A DNA stretch of 64,000 bases from an uncultured Christensenellaceae bacterium (GTDB lineage: Bacteria > Bacillota > Clostridia > Christensenellales > UBA3700), in NCBI GenBank assembly GCA_944380305.1, contig CALWHF010000006.1, positions 24,422 through 88,421 on the forward strand, read 5' to 3'. The translations under genes and the position numbers were made by a program. Positions 26,839-36,194 of the stretch are shown piece by piece (positions within the stretch are counted from its first letter, which is position 1; each line of letters starts with the position of its first letter). A model generated the notes under the pieces. That model was not told the DNA's origin. It did no database searches and saw only the letters and a program-made list of their open reading frames with translations.

Positions 26839-28425
26839 GTGGAAGACACGACAAACACCATCGATCAGGCGGGCGTCACTCCGGGTGCCCCTGCCGAAGA
26901 GGAAGTACTGAGCGTTGAGGATCAAAAACTCATCAATCAGAAATTTCTAAAACCCAGAGATTACATACTGTTCTCGCTCGCGAGATTCGCAAGCAGTGCG
27001 GTCACGGGTCTCGTTCAGGGTTATTTGTTGTTCTATTACACTGCGTGTATGGGCATTTCTCCTACTGCCGTAGGAACGATGTTCCTTATCACAAAGATTT
27101 TCGACGGTCTGAACGACCCGGTTATGGGTATTATCGTTGACAGGACCCGCACCAGATGGGGCAAAATGAGACCCTATCTTGTCTTTGGTGCGGTGCCGTG
27201 GGCAATAGTCACGATTTTGCTGTTCTTTCCTATATCCAACTGGTCGAGCGTCGGAAAAATCGTCTGGATGTATTTTACATACATAATGTATGATATTACG
27301 GGTACGATAGTGGGCGTTCCTCTTGACGGTATACCGGCTGTTGCGTCTCCGAATATGGACGAACGTTCGAAAATCATTTCTATCAGCCGTATCCTCGGTT
27401 CGATAGGCGAGCAGTCAGCGCTGGTGCTCATTTCTATAGGACTTATTCTTACAAACGACGATTATGCCAATACGTATTTCATAGTTGCGATCATTATCGG
27501 CATTCTCGGACCTCTGTTCATGGTCCTCGGCGGTGTAAGAGTAAAGGAAAGATGCGAACCTACAGAAACTACGCCCAGTCTGATAGAAGGCTTTAAATAT
27601 CTGTTCAAGAATAAACCGTTCCTGCTGTTGATATTGTCCAACCTGCTTACATTCTTCAGAAACCTTGTAAGCGCGGCGATCATGTATGTTGTCGCATATA
27701 TTTACAGCAACGGATCTTTGCAGATAGCTTTCGCGCTCCCCGGTGCAGTAGCTTCAATGATAGGTATGTTGTTCGCGCCGAGACTGAAGAGAATGATGGA
27801 CTCAAAGAAGCTGTTTATCTTTGCGACGATATGGCACTCTGCGGCGCTGGCGGTCATATTCTTCATTTACATAATCGGCGGCACCAACTGGATACTCATC
27901 GCGGCTCTGATGTTCTTTGCGATGCTCCCCGTGGGCGTGCTCAACGTCGTACCGCACCTTATGGCAACGGATACGCTGGACTACTGGGAAGACAAGTGCG
28001 GCGAACGTCTCGAAGGCATTACGTTCTCGCTTATGAGTCTGAGAAGCAAGGTGTCATCGGGCTTCAAGGATTATTTCCTGTCATGGCTGCTTGCGTTCTT
28101 CCTGTTCTCGCAGCCGCTGTCGTTCCTGTCAGACCACAAGCCTGAACAGACGGAATTCACCAAGCTGGGATTGTTTATGATATTCACTATAATTCCCGCT
28201 ATAACCAACCTGATCTCTATCGTTCCCATGCTATTCTACAACCTTTCGGGAAAGAAGATGGCGCAGATCGAAGCAAGACTCGCTCACAAGAGAAAACAGG
28301 AATATGTAGCCAAGATGGCTGCCGAAGGCGCCGCCCTTGACGGAGAAGCCGGCTCGGAACGCTATATAAGCGACAGCGTGATAGACGAGATTTCTAAATC
28401 TCAGACAGAGCAGAAGGAGGAATAA
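26839..28425 (+). CDS. MFS transporter, glycoside-pentoside-hexuronide (GPH/MelB) family
   Basis: KIFDGLNDPVMGIIVDRTRTRWGKMRPY, DTLDYWE..G.R.EG; ~12 TM segments; GTG 26839 after GGAGG. Confidence 0.92.
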   Translation: MEDTTNTIDQAGVTPGAPAEEEVLSVEDQKLINQKFLKPRDYILFSLARFASSAVTGLVQGYLLFYYTACMGISPTAVGTMFLITKIFDGLNDPVMGIIVDRTRTRWGKMRPYLVFGAVPWAIVTILLFFPISNWSSVGKIVWMYFTYIMYDITGTIVGVPLDGIPAVASPNMDERSKIISISRILGSIGEQSALVLISIGLILTNDDYANTYFIVAIIIGILGPLFMVLGGVRVKERCEPTETTPSLIEGFKYLFKNKPFLLLILSNLLTFFRNLVSAAIMYVVAYIYSNGSLQIAFALPGAVASMIGMLFAPRLKRMMDSKKLFIFATIWHSAALAVIFFIYIIGGTNWILIAALMFFAMLPVGVLNVVPHLMATDTLDYWEDKCGERLEGITFSLMSLRSKVSSGFKDYFLSWLLAFFLFSQPLSFLSDHKPEQTEFTKLGLFMIFTIIPAITNLISIVPMLFYNLSGKKMAQIEARLAHKRKQEYVAKMAAEGAALDGEAGSERYISDSVIDEISKSQTEQKEE

Positions 28426-28429
28426 CGCT

Positions 28430-29665
28430 ATGAAAAAAAGATACATTTCAATACTTGCGATAGTTGTCGTTGCCGTTTTGCTCTGCACCGTGTTCATGGC
28501 CTGCAGCCAGAGCGAAGAGGATTATTACAACGATATAGCCAAAGACGTGGAGAAGTTCAACGAGCAGTATGACGATATCCTCGCAAATCTCAACAAAGCT
28601 AATTTTTCTGTCAGTTTCAGCTTCAATACGCATTACAATGCGGCTATAACCAGAGGAAGCAAAGACAGCAAAGGCTGGGACAGCTTTGAAAACGCATACA
28701 ACAGCTTTTACGATTCTATAGGAAAAGAAGATCCCAACATCTTCGACAACATTCTAGGCACTAAAACCGACGCGCAGAAGGCTATCGACGATCTCGGAGT
28801 GCAGAAAAATGCCTGGATGGATTCTTATACCGAATTTACTTATATGCAGAACGGCAGTAAGAACTTTTACCTCAAGATGGTTTCCTATCCCTCTATCTGG
28901 GAGAACTATTACGATTCGTTCATAGAGGCTCTCAACGATCAGAGCGTTCTGAACGAGGGACTCAGCGGGGACAGCGACAAGGTAAAGTGGCAGACGATCG
29001 ACGAGACGATCAAGAACAAGATCGAGTATGTGCTTAAAGTCGAAAACGGTGTCAGCAACGGCGTTGAATATGACGGCATCGAACAGTTGTCTGCCATCGT
29101 AGGTATCGTAAGCGGACAGATGCCCGTGGACGATTGTTATACCTTCACCAACGGCAACAAGATCTATACCAACGTTATGCAGGCTCAGTATATCACAGCC
29201 TACAAGCTGGGCGAGGAGAACAACGTGACTCACGACGAAATCGTTGCTCCCGAATACGGAACAGAGGAGTGGGACGCGTTTATTGCGGAATTCCCGGATA
29301 TAATAAAATCCTGGAATGAGAAGGCGGACGAGATCTTCAGAAACAACCTGCTGGGCATGAGTGACGAGCTTCGTATCGACAAATCCGAAAACGTTGATGG
29401 TAAATACTGGTCAGGCTTCGGAAAAGATATCGTTTACAATTGGGAAAACGTGGGCGCGTTGAAGATAACCCGTTATACTTACAACTACAAGAAGAGCAAA
29501 TCGAGACTCGACCAGATAGACTATTACACCGAGTACGTAAAGCCCTACTACACAGAGAAGAGCGCGGCGGACTCTACGCTGGAACTGAAAGGAGACGTCT
29601 ATTACAAATCCCACATCGTTGCCAATTTCGAATACTCGGACGGAGCGGTCAGTTTTCCGCAATAA
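28430..29665 (+). CDS. Lipoprotein of unknown function, last gene of the sugar operon
   Basis: Signal peptide with lipobox FMA-C, RBS AGGAGG, beta-rich C-terminus ending FEYSDGAVSFP. Confidence 0.78.
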   Translation: MKKRYISILAIVVVAVLLCTVFMACSQSEEDYYNDIAKDVEKFNEQYDDILANLNKANFSVSFSFNTHYNAAITRGSKDSKGWDSFENAYNSFYDSIGKEDPNIFDNILGTKTDAQKAIDDLGVQKNAWMDSYTEFTYMQNGSKNFYLKMVSYPSIWENYYDSFIEALNDQSVLNEGLSGDSDKVKWQTIDETIKNKIEYVLKVENGVSNGVEYDGIEQLSAIVGIVSGQMPVDDCYTFTNGNKIYTNVMQAQYITAYKLGEENNVTHDEIVAPEYGTEEWDAFIAEFPDIIKSWNEKADEIFRNNLLGMSDELRIDKSENVDGKYWSGFGKDIVYNWENVGALKITRYTYNYKKSKSRLDQIDYYTEYVKPYYTEKSAADSTLELKGDVYYKSHIVANFEYSDGAVSFPQ

Positions 29666-29679
29666 CCCGAAAAGTCGAT

Positions 29680-29716
29680 AAAAAACAAGGAGCGGTCAAC
29701 GCTCCTTATTTTTTTT
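29680..29716 (+). terminator. Terminator of the sugar operon
   Basis: aaggagcg-gtcaa-cgctcctt followed by a T-tract. Confidence 0.8.
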
Positions 29717-29808
29717 CCGTCAGCTGACGATAACGCTATTGATTTTACGTTTGAATGGTATATAATGATATTGATATTTTTGCAAAACTCAACGGCATAA
29801 GGAGAAAG

Positions 29809-32319
29809 ATGAAAAACGTAATTTTCAATATTGACGGAATGAGCTGCGTCGTATGCAGCGGCAGCTGCAAAAAAGCTCTGCTCGCGCTCGACGGGGTAAA
29901 ACGTGCCGACGTGAATTTCGCCAGCGGGAAAGCGGTGGTCGAATACGACGACAAAAAGCTGACTGAGGACGACCTCGCAGCCGCGGTGGCGAAAGCGGGG
30001 TATAAGGCGCGTTTCGAAAAGAAAGAGGAAGACAAAAAGGGGTTCGACAAAGAGCTTGTCGCGACGCTCGCGAGAGTGGTTCTCGGCGGAGTGCTTTTGC
30101 TGTGGTCGATGCTGCCTATGCTGGGAGTCCCGTATCCCGACGCCGTTTCGCCTGACGGAAACCCGTTTGTTTACGCTCTCGTGCAGATAATACTTTGCGT
30201 GCCCGTAATGGCACTCAGCTACAAGATATATTTCAGAGGTTACCGCAATCTGTTCCGACTCGACCCGAATATGGACACGCTCGTCGCGGTAAGCACCACG
30301 GCGGCTTTTGCGTACAGCGTGTACGGCTTCGTTCTCGTATGTCAGGGCGACGCGCACGCGGCGCATCAACTGTATTTCGAATCGGCGGCAGTGATACTCG
30401 CGCTGATCTCGCTCGGCAAATATCTCGAGAGCCGCGCTCTGAAAAAAACGGGCAAGGCGATAGAAGAACTGACCAGACTTGCGCCCGATTACGCTTTCGT
30501 GTTGAGAGACGGCGCGTTTGTTCGCATCCCCGCGTCCGAGGTCGTCAAGGGCGATACCGTCAGGGTCGCGGCGGGCGAGAGTTTTTGCGCCGACGGAGTG
30601 ATCATCAAAGGATCGTCGGCGGTGCAGGAGAGCATGATCACGGGAGAGAGCCTTCCTGTGGACAAGACGGTGGGAGACAAGGTGATCGGCGGTACGGTCA
30701 ACGGCAACGGAGTGATAGAGTTTGAAGTGACGGGTGCGGGAGAGGAGACCATGCTCTCGCGTATAATCACGCTCGTCGAAAACGCGCAGAATTCCCGCGC
30801 GCCGATAGCTAAACTCGCAGACAAGGTCTCCAAGGTATTCGTGCCCGCGGTAATGGCGATAGCGGTCGTCGCGAGCGTTGCGTGGGCGATAGCGGGATAC
30901 GATTCGGCATTCGTGATAAAGATATTCGTTTCGGTACTGACGATAGCGTGCCCGTGCGCGCTCGGACTTGCGACGCCGACCGCAATAATCACGGGCAGCG
31001 GCAACGGCGCGAAGATGGGAGTGCTGTTCAAGAACGCGGAGGCACTCGAAAGATCCGCACACGTCGATACGGTCGTATTCGACAAGACGGGAACGATAAC
31101 CGAAGGGGTGCCGAGAGTCGTCGGAGTATATGCGACCGACGGCGACGAAAACGCGCTTTTGTCCCTTTGCTCGGCGGTCGAGAGCGGCAGTACGCATCCT
31201 CTGGCGAAAGCGGTATGCGACTATGCCGAGGAAAAGGGAGTGCAAAAGACGGTCGCGGAGGAAGTAAACAATTTCAGCGGTTTCGGTCTGACGGCGAAGG
31301 CGGGCGGCAGAAAAATACTTTGCGGCAAGAGCGCGCTGCTTACTCGGAACGGGATAGATATTGCTCCGATACGGGGATTTCTTGACAACTGTTACGACAG
31401 CGGCAGCAGCGTGATAGCGGTCGCAGAGGACGGTAAGGCGACGGGATGTATCGCACTCGCCGACGACGTCAAGGAGAGCGCGGCTGAGGCGGTCGCGGCT
31501 CTTGCAGGACTTGGGATAAAGACGGTCATGCTGACGGGAGACAACGCTAAAGCCGCCGAATATATCGCAAAGAAAGTGGCTATAGACGAAGTGATAAGCG
31601 AGGTCCTGCCGCAGCAGAAAGCGGAAAAGATAAAAGAACTGAAGGATAGAGGCGCGTTCGTCGCCATGGTCGGGGACGGTATCAACGACGCTCCCGCGCT
31701 GACCGAGGCGGACGTAGGCATAGCCGTGGGCGAAGGCAGCGACGTCGCGATAGAGAGTGCGGACGTCGTGCTCGTCGGCGGAGACGTCAGAGTGGTAGCG
31801 GACGCGATAGAACTGGGCAGAGCGACGCTCAGGAACGTCAAGGAAAACCTTTTCTGGGCGTTTGTATACAACGTGCTGGGCATACCGTTCGCATGCGGGG
31901 CGTTCTACGCTCTCGGCGGATTGTTGCTCAACCCGATGATCGCGGGGCTTGCGATGAGCTGTTCGTCGGTATGCGTCGTGCTGAACGCGCTGAGACTGGC
32001 TTATTTTAAGCCCAAACGCTTGAAAAATGTACGGAAAAGTGCGATAATAGACGAGAAAAAACAACTGGGCGAGACGTGCACGCAAGGTTGCCCGCTCGCG
32101 AAGGAAACGTATATGACGACCCTGATCAAAGTGAACGGAATGATGTGCTCGCATTGCGAAGCGAGAGTAAACAAAGCTGTACTGGCACTCGAAGGAGTGA
32201 AAGCCTGCGTCGCAAGCGCGGCGGACGGCAGCGTAAAAGTCGAATACGACGAAAACCAAGTCTCTTTGGCGCAGATCAAAGACACGATAACCGCACAGGA
32301 CTACGAGGTGATCGGCTGA
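29809..32319 (+). CDS. copA: Copper-translocating P1B-type ATPase with N- and C-terminal HMA domains
   Basis: GMSCVVC, TGES, CPCALG, DKTGT, GDGINDAP, YN and M motifs in the TM segments, C-terminal GMMCSHC. ATG 29809 after AAGGAG. Confidence 0.93.
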   Translation: MKNVIFNIDGMSCVVCSGSCKKALLALDGVKRADVNFASGKAVVEYDDKKLTEDDLAAAVAKAGYKARFEKKEEDKKGFDKELVATLARVVLGGVLLLWSMLPMLGVPYPDAVSPDGNPFVYALVQIILCVPVMALSYKIYFRGYRNLFRLDPNMDTLVAVSTTAAFAYSVYGFVLVCQGDAHAAHQLYFESAAVILALISLGKYLESRALKKTGKAIEELTRLAPDYAFVLRDGAFVRIPASEVVKGDTVRVAAGESFCADGVIIKGSSAVQESMITGESLPVDKTVGDKVIGGTVNGNGVIEFEVTGAGEETMLSRIITLVENAQNSRAPIAKLADKVSKVFVPAVMAIAVVASVAWAIAGYDSAFVIKIFVSVLTIACPCALGLATPTAIITGSGNGAKMGVLFKNAEALERSAHVDTVVFDKTGTITEGVPRVVGVYATDGDENALLSLCSAVESGSTHPLAKAVCDYAEEKGVQKTVAEEVNNFSGFGLTAKAGGRKILCGKSALLTRNGIDIAPIRGFLDNCYDSGSSVIAVAEDGKATGCIALADDVKESAAEAVAALAGLGIKTVMLTGDNAKAAEYIAKKVAIDEVISEVLPQQKAEKIKELKDRGAFVAMVGDGINDAPALTEADVGIAVGEGSDVAIESADVVLVGGDVRVVADAIELGRATLRNVKENLFWAFVYNVLGIPFACGAFYALGGLLLNPMIAGLAMSCSSVCVVLNALRLAYFKPKRLKNVRKSAIIDEKKQLGETCTQGCPLAKETYMTTLIKVNGMMCSHCEARVNKAVLALEGVKACVASAADGSVKVEYDENQVSLAQIKDTITAQDYEVIG
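32020..32115 (+). promoter_or_regulatory. Putative internal promoter and RBS within the 3' end of copA
   Basis: TTGAAA(32020)-17-GATAAT(32043) with extended TG; AAGGA at 32101; in-frame ATG at 32113. Confidence 0.5.
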
Positions 32320-32320
32320 T

Positions 32321-33349
32321 ATGTTCGAGAAAGTCAAGACGATAATGACGTCCGAAGAGCTGAAGACGCTCGTTCCCGTCAGTGCGGAGATAGCAAAGAT
32401 AAAGGCAGAAAGAGACAGGACGGTCATGGATATAATCGCGGGTAGAGACAAGCGCATGCTCGTGATCGTCGGACCTTGCTCGGCAGACAACGAGACGGCG
32501 GTATGCGACTATGTCTCCCGTCTAGCGAAACTCGCGGACGAGATAAAGGAAAAGATATTCGTCGTTCCCAGGATATATACCAACAAGCCGCGCACCAAAG
32601 GCGAAGGCTACAAGGGCATAATGCACAATCCCGATCCGCACAGGAAGGAAACGGATATACAGGCGGGCATAATCGCTCTGCGCAAAATGCACCTGAGAGC
32701 GATCTCCGAGAGCGGGCTTTCCGCCGCGGACGAGATGCTGTATCCCGAAAACCACGTCTATCTCGACGACCTTCTGACCTACGTCGCGGTCGGCGCGCGT
32801 TCGACCGAGAACCAGCAACACAGGCTCGTCGCGAGCGGAGTGGACATTCCCGTCGGGATAAAGAACCCGATGAACGGCAGCATGCCCGTCACGCTCAATT
32901 CGATATACGCGGCGCAGATCCCTAGCGAATTCAAGTACCGTACCTGTCAGGTAAGGACTCAGGGCAATCCGTACGCGCATGCGATACTTCGCGGCAGCGT
33001 GGACGTATACGGCAACAATATCCCCAACTATCACTACGAGGATCTGATCAGATTCCACGATATGTATCTCGCGCAGAACCTGAAGAACCCCGCCGTCATC
33101 GTGGACAGCAATCACAGCAACAGCGGCAAGAACTATCTCGAGCAGATAAGGATAGTCAAGGAGGTCGTTGACAACATCAGACATTGCGACAAGATACGCT
33201 CGCTGGTCAAGGGATTTCTGATTGAGAGCTATATCGAGGACGGCTGTCAGCAGCCAGGCGGGGACGAGTACGGCAAGTCGATCACGGATCCTTGCCTCGG
33301 CTGGGAGAAGACAAGAGACCTTCTGCTTTCGGTCGCCGACAAGCTGTAA
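32321..33349 (+). CDS. 3-deoxy-7-phosphoheptulonate (DAHP) synthase, class I
   Basis: IVGPCSAD, KPRT...GYKG, VGARSTENQQHR, DSNHSNS, YGKSITDPCLGW. Confidence 0.93.
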   Translation: MFEKVKTIMTSEELKTLVPVSAEIAKIKAERDRTVMDIIAGRDKRMLVIVGPCSADNETAVCDYVSRLAKLADEIKEKIFVVPRIYTNKPRTKGEGYKGIMHNPDPHRKETDIQAGIIALRKMHLRAISESGLSAADEMLYPENHVYLDDLLTYVAVGARSTENQQHRLVASGVDIPVGIKNPMNGSMPVTLNSIYAAQIPSEFKYRTCQVRTQGNPYAHAILRGSVDVYGNNIPNYHYEDLIRFHDMYLAQNLKNPAVIVDSNHSNSGKNYLEQIRIVKEVVDNIRHCDKIRSLVKGFLIESYIEDGCQQPGGDEYGKSITDPCLGWEKTRDLLLSVADKL

Positions 33350-33407
33350 AATGAAACGGGAAGAGGATATATTATATCGATATAATTTTATATCATATAT
33401 AAATCAA

Positions 33408-33441
33408 ATAAAAGAACGGCGTAAAATCGCCGTTCTTTTAT
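33408..33441. terminator. Bidirectional terminator
   Basis: ataaaagaacggcg-taaaat-cgccgttcttttat, a perfect 14-bp IR between convergent genes. Confidence 0.85.
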
Positions 33442-33498
33442 TTTCCTTTATTGCATTAAACGTGGTGATTTGAGCGGGAGTGCGCAAAACGCGCCAGC

Positions 33499-33993
33499 TC
33501 ATCCGGCTATTTCTTCCGTTATCTCTGCGACGTACACGTCGTGATAATCTTTTTCGGGATACCATTTGCCGATATTGCTCTCGTCGACAAAACATTTTTC
33601 GTCGAGTGTCTGACGGTACATCTTTCTGCAGACGAGGGTCAGTGACGCCTCTTTGAAAACGGGTGCTCCGCCGACGGATTTTACGGTCAGACCGCTCTTT
33701 GCGAGCTTGTCTTCGTCTCTGCCCGAGACCTTTCCCATATATCCCAGCATCTTTTTGTATGAGTCGTCGAAGAAGGAGAGGGAGAATACATCCGCGTCGT
33801 CTACGAATTTTTTTGTGTATCTCTGCGGACGTATGAACACGAACGCTACTTTCTTTCCCCACAGGACTCCGAGTCCTCCCCAGGACGCGGTCATGGCGTT
33901 GGTTTTGCCGTTTTTGTCGGTAGCGGCGACGAGCATCCACTTTTCGCCGATAAGGGAAAATACTCTCTTTTCGGTCATATCTGTTTTATCCAT
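33499..33993 (-). CDS. Flavin reductase-like (flavoredoxin) protein
   Basis: NAMTASWGG, FIRPQRYT, SGRDEDK, DYHDVY. ATG 33993 after GGAGG. Confidence 0.88.
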   Translation of the reverse strand: MDKTDMTEKRVFSLIGEKWMLVAATDKNGKTNAMTASWGGLGVLWGKKVAFVFIRPQRYTKKFVDDADVFSLSFFDDSYKKMLGYMGKVSGRDEDKLAKSGLTVKSVGGAPVFKEASLTLVCRKMYRQTLDEKCFVDESNIGKWYPEKDYHDVYVAEITEEIAG

Positions 33994-34183
33994 AGTTTTT
34001 TTACCTCCGCAAAACATTATATCGCGGTTTTGTGCAAAAAGCAAGGCTCGCGGAATAACGTATTGAAACCGTCGGCACGGTTATGGTATAATGAAAAAAG
34101 AATTTACCGGGAAAAACGAAAAAACGAGGGACGAATGAAGTATAAGGGATAAAAGACGTTTATCTGAGAAGGAGGACGGAGCA

Positions 34184-35860
34184 ATGAAGAGAAAAATTTT
34201 CACGATCGCGGTTCTGACGGTCATACTGACTGTCGTGCTTTGCGCGATACCCGCGGCGTCTGCGAATTCGGCTCAGATGAGCTGGAGCGGCGTCAGCGGT
34301 ACAGGCGCGCTCGTCGTGGGCGAAGACTGTCCTGTCAGAGTGAACGGCGAAAAGCTCGTGTTCGACATACCGCATTTTCCCGAAAGAAATTATTTCGGCA
34401 AAGACGGACTCGCGGAATACGGGGCGAAAGTCAGCGCGACCTACGAGTTTGAAAATCCCGCGGATTACGACGTAACGGTAAGACTTGCGTTTCCGTTCGG
34501 GGTGTTGCCCGACTATGTGGACAGAGCCTGCGACGTGTCGTCGGATTACGCCGTGACCGCAGACGGGAAGGTCGTGGAAAAGAAGGTCAGGTATACGTTT
34601 ACGAAAAGCAACTGGAGCGGCGATTTCGACGCAAAGAAGTCTGTCGCGTTGCTCGAAGACGAGAAGACGTCGGCGGGCTGGGCAGACGGCAACTGCACCG
34701 TGGTTCTGTACGAATACAAATTCTCCGACGCGAAAAACAACGTGATAAGCGCGTTCGTTGAGTCCTCAAACAACGGCAAGTCCGACTTCTTCGGCGATTT
34801 CACATATTACAGCTCGTCCTCTTCGAGGAGAATGTACGGGCGCGAAATAACCAACGGCACGGTATTTTCGTTTTATCTGATCTTTTCGGGAGAAGAACCC
34901 GAGTTTTCGCTGCACGCAGAGGTCGGCTCCAAGGAGATCTCGTGCAATATCGAAAAGGTCGGGGAGACCCGCATGACGCTCGAGGAATACGCCGAAAAGA
35001 CATATCCTTTCGAAAACGACGGCAGCGAGAGTTCGCATACGGACTGGTTCAACCTGGTGGCGAACGCGGTATATGCGGGAGAATACGGCGTAAACGGCTT
35101 GTTCGGGCAGAATACCGTGCGATTCCTCGAAGACAACGTGCTTTACTGGTACGAATACGAGCTGACCGTGCCCGCGGGAGCAAAGGTCACCAATACCGTG
35201 ACCGCTCCGCTGTTCCCGTCGAGGAACGACGGCTACGAGCCGAGCGTGTTCACATACGACTATCTGCTGTCGCCCGCAAAGGCGTGGGCGTCGTTCGGCA
35301 CTCTTGACGTCGAAGTGAATATGCCGTATTATCTGCTCGACGCCGAAAAACTCGGTTTCGAAAAGACCGAGAACGGATATAAGGCGCATTTCGACTCGTT
35401 GCCTGACGGCGAGCTGTCTTTCAGGGCAAGCGAGAGCGCGCAACCCGAAAAGAGAAACCCGTACGCCGCCATGACGCTGCTGATCGTGCTGAGCGTGCTC
35501 ATTCTCGCGCTGGGGGTAGCGGGCATCGTCGTAATAATCGTGCTTGCGGCGACGGGGGCGCAAAGGAAGAACTTCCGCGAGACCGATCCCGAAAGAAAGC
35601 GCAGGAACACTCTCGAGGCGGGTGCAACGGGCTTCATATCGTCGGTCGCATACGCACTCGCGTTGTCTTTGCCTCCTGTGGCGGTATCCACTCAGTCTCT
35701 CGACTCCGGCGGGATCATAGCCCTCGCAGCGTCTTTCGTACTGATAGCGGCGGCGGTGTTCGCACTGTCGGTCAAACTCCTTTTCGTGAAGGAAGAGCCG
35801 AGAGATCGCAAGAATGAGGACGAAGAACAATGCGGAGAGGGACGCGAAGAAGAGAAATGA
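34184..35860 (+). CDS. Secreted, membrane-anchored hypothetical protein (C-terminal TM helices)
   Basis: Signal peptide (ASA-NS), YEFENP, YLLSPAKAW motif, ~3 C-terminal TM segments; RBS AGGAGG. Confidence 0.78.
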   Translation: MKRKIFTIAVLTVILTVVLCAIPAASANSAQMSWSGVSGTGALVVGEDCPVRVNGEKLVFDIPHFPERNYFGKDGLAEYGAKVSATYEFENPADYDVTVRLAFPFGVLPDYVDRACDVSSDYAVTADGKVVEKKVRYTFTKSNWSGDFDAKKSVALLEDEKTSAGWADGNCTVVLYEYKFSDAKNNVISAFVESSNNGKSDFFGDFTYYSSSSSRRMYGREITNGTVFSFYLIFSGEEPEFSLHAEVGSKEISCNIEKVGETRMTLEEYAEKTYPFENDGSESSHTDWFNLVANAVYAGEYGVNGLFGQNTVRFLEDNVLYWYEYELTVPAGAKVTNTVTAPLFPSRNDGYEPSVFTYDYLLSPAKAWASFGTLDVEVNMPYYLLDAEKLGFEKTENGYKAHFDSLPDGELSFRASESAQPEKRNPYAAMTLLIVLSVLILALGVAGIVVIIVLAATGAQRKNFRETDPERKRRNTLEAGATGFISSVAYALALSLPPVAVSTQSLDSGGIIALAASFVLIAAAVFALSVKLLFVKEEPRDRKNEDEEQCGEGREEEK

Positions 35861-35942
35861 GGTAAAAGACACAAAAAACGCAAATTTGCTGCATAACGGC
35901 GTTTAACCGTTTTATCCATAAAAAAATACGATTAGTCGATAC

Positions 35943-35969
35943 GGCGGGGCTTACGGGTCCCGCCTTTTT
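35943..35969 (+). terminator. Rho-independent terminator
   Basis: ggcggggc-ttacgg-gtcccgcc followed by TTTTT. Confidence 0.7.
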
Positions 35970-36026
35970 CGGATATAACGTACCTTTTTTCCGTGCGGGA
36001 TACAGAGTAAAAAACGCTTATGACTG

Positions 36027-36190
36027 TTGCGCGGACGGCGGTGATGTGATATATTCAAGTATGTAATTCGAAAATTTTATTTGCGTTTCTGCGGAAAAGG
36101 CACGGACAGGTATCAAAACCGCGAAAATGTAAATAAAAGAAACATCACGGGTAAAACGGCATAGATTGTAAAGCAAGCCGTTTTCGGAGG
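36027..36190 (+). promoter_or_regulatory. Promoter and structured 5' leader of the GlmU-domain/glmM operon
   Basis: TTGCGC-17-TATATT with extended TG. 20-bp stem 36075-36094/36119-36138, and 8-bp stem 36153-36160/36177-36184 just before GGAGG. Confidence 0.5.
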
Positions 36191-36194
36191 GAAC

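Noticed and set aside
33365-33400. AT-rich gatata/tatatc palindromes as a dif site or operator
   Set aside because: No match to XerC/XerD arms. This is low-complexity sequence beside a terminator.
36062-36194. glmS ribozyme upstream of the glm genes
   Set aside because: The conserved AGCGCC...GACGAGG core is absent, and glmS is not in this operon.
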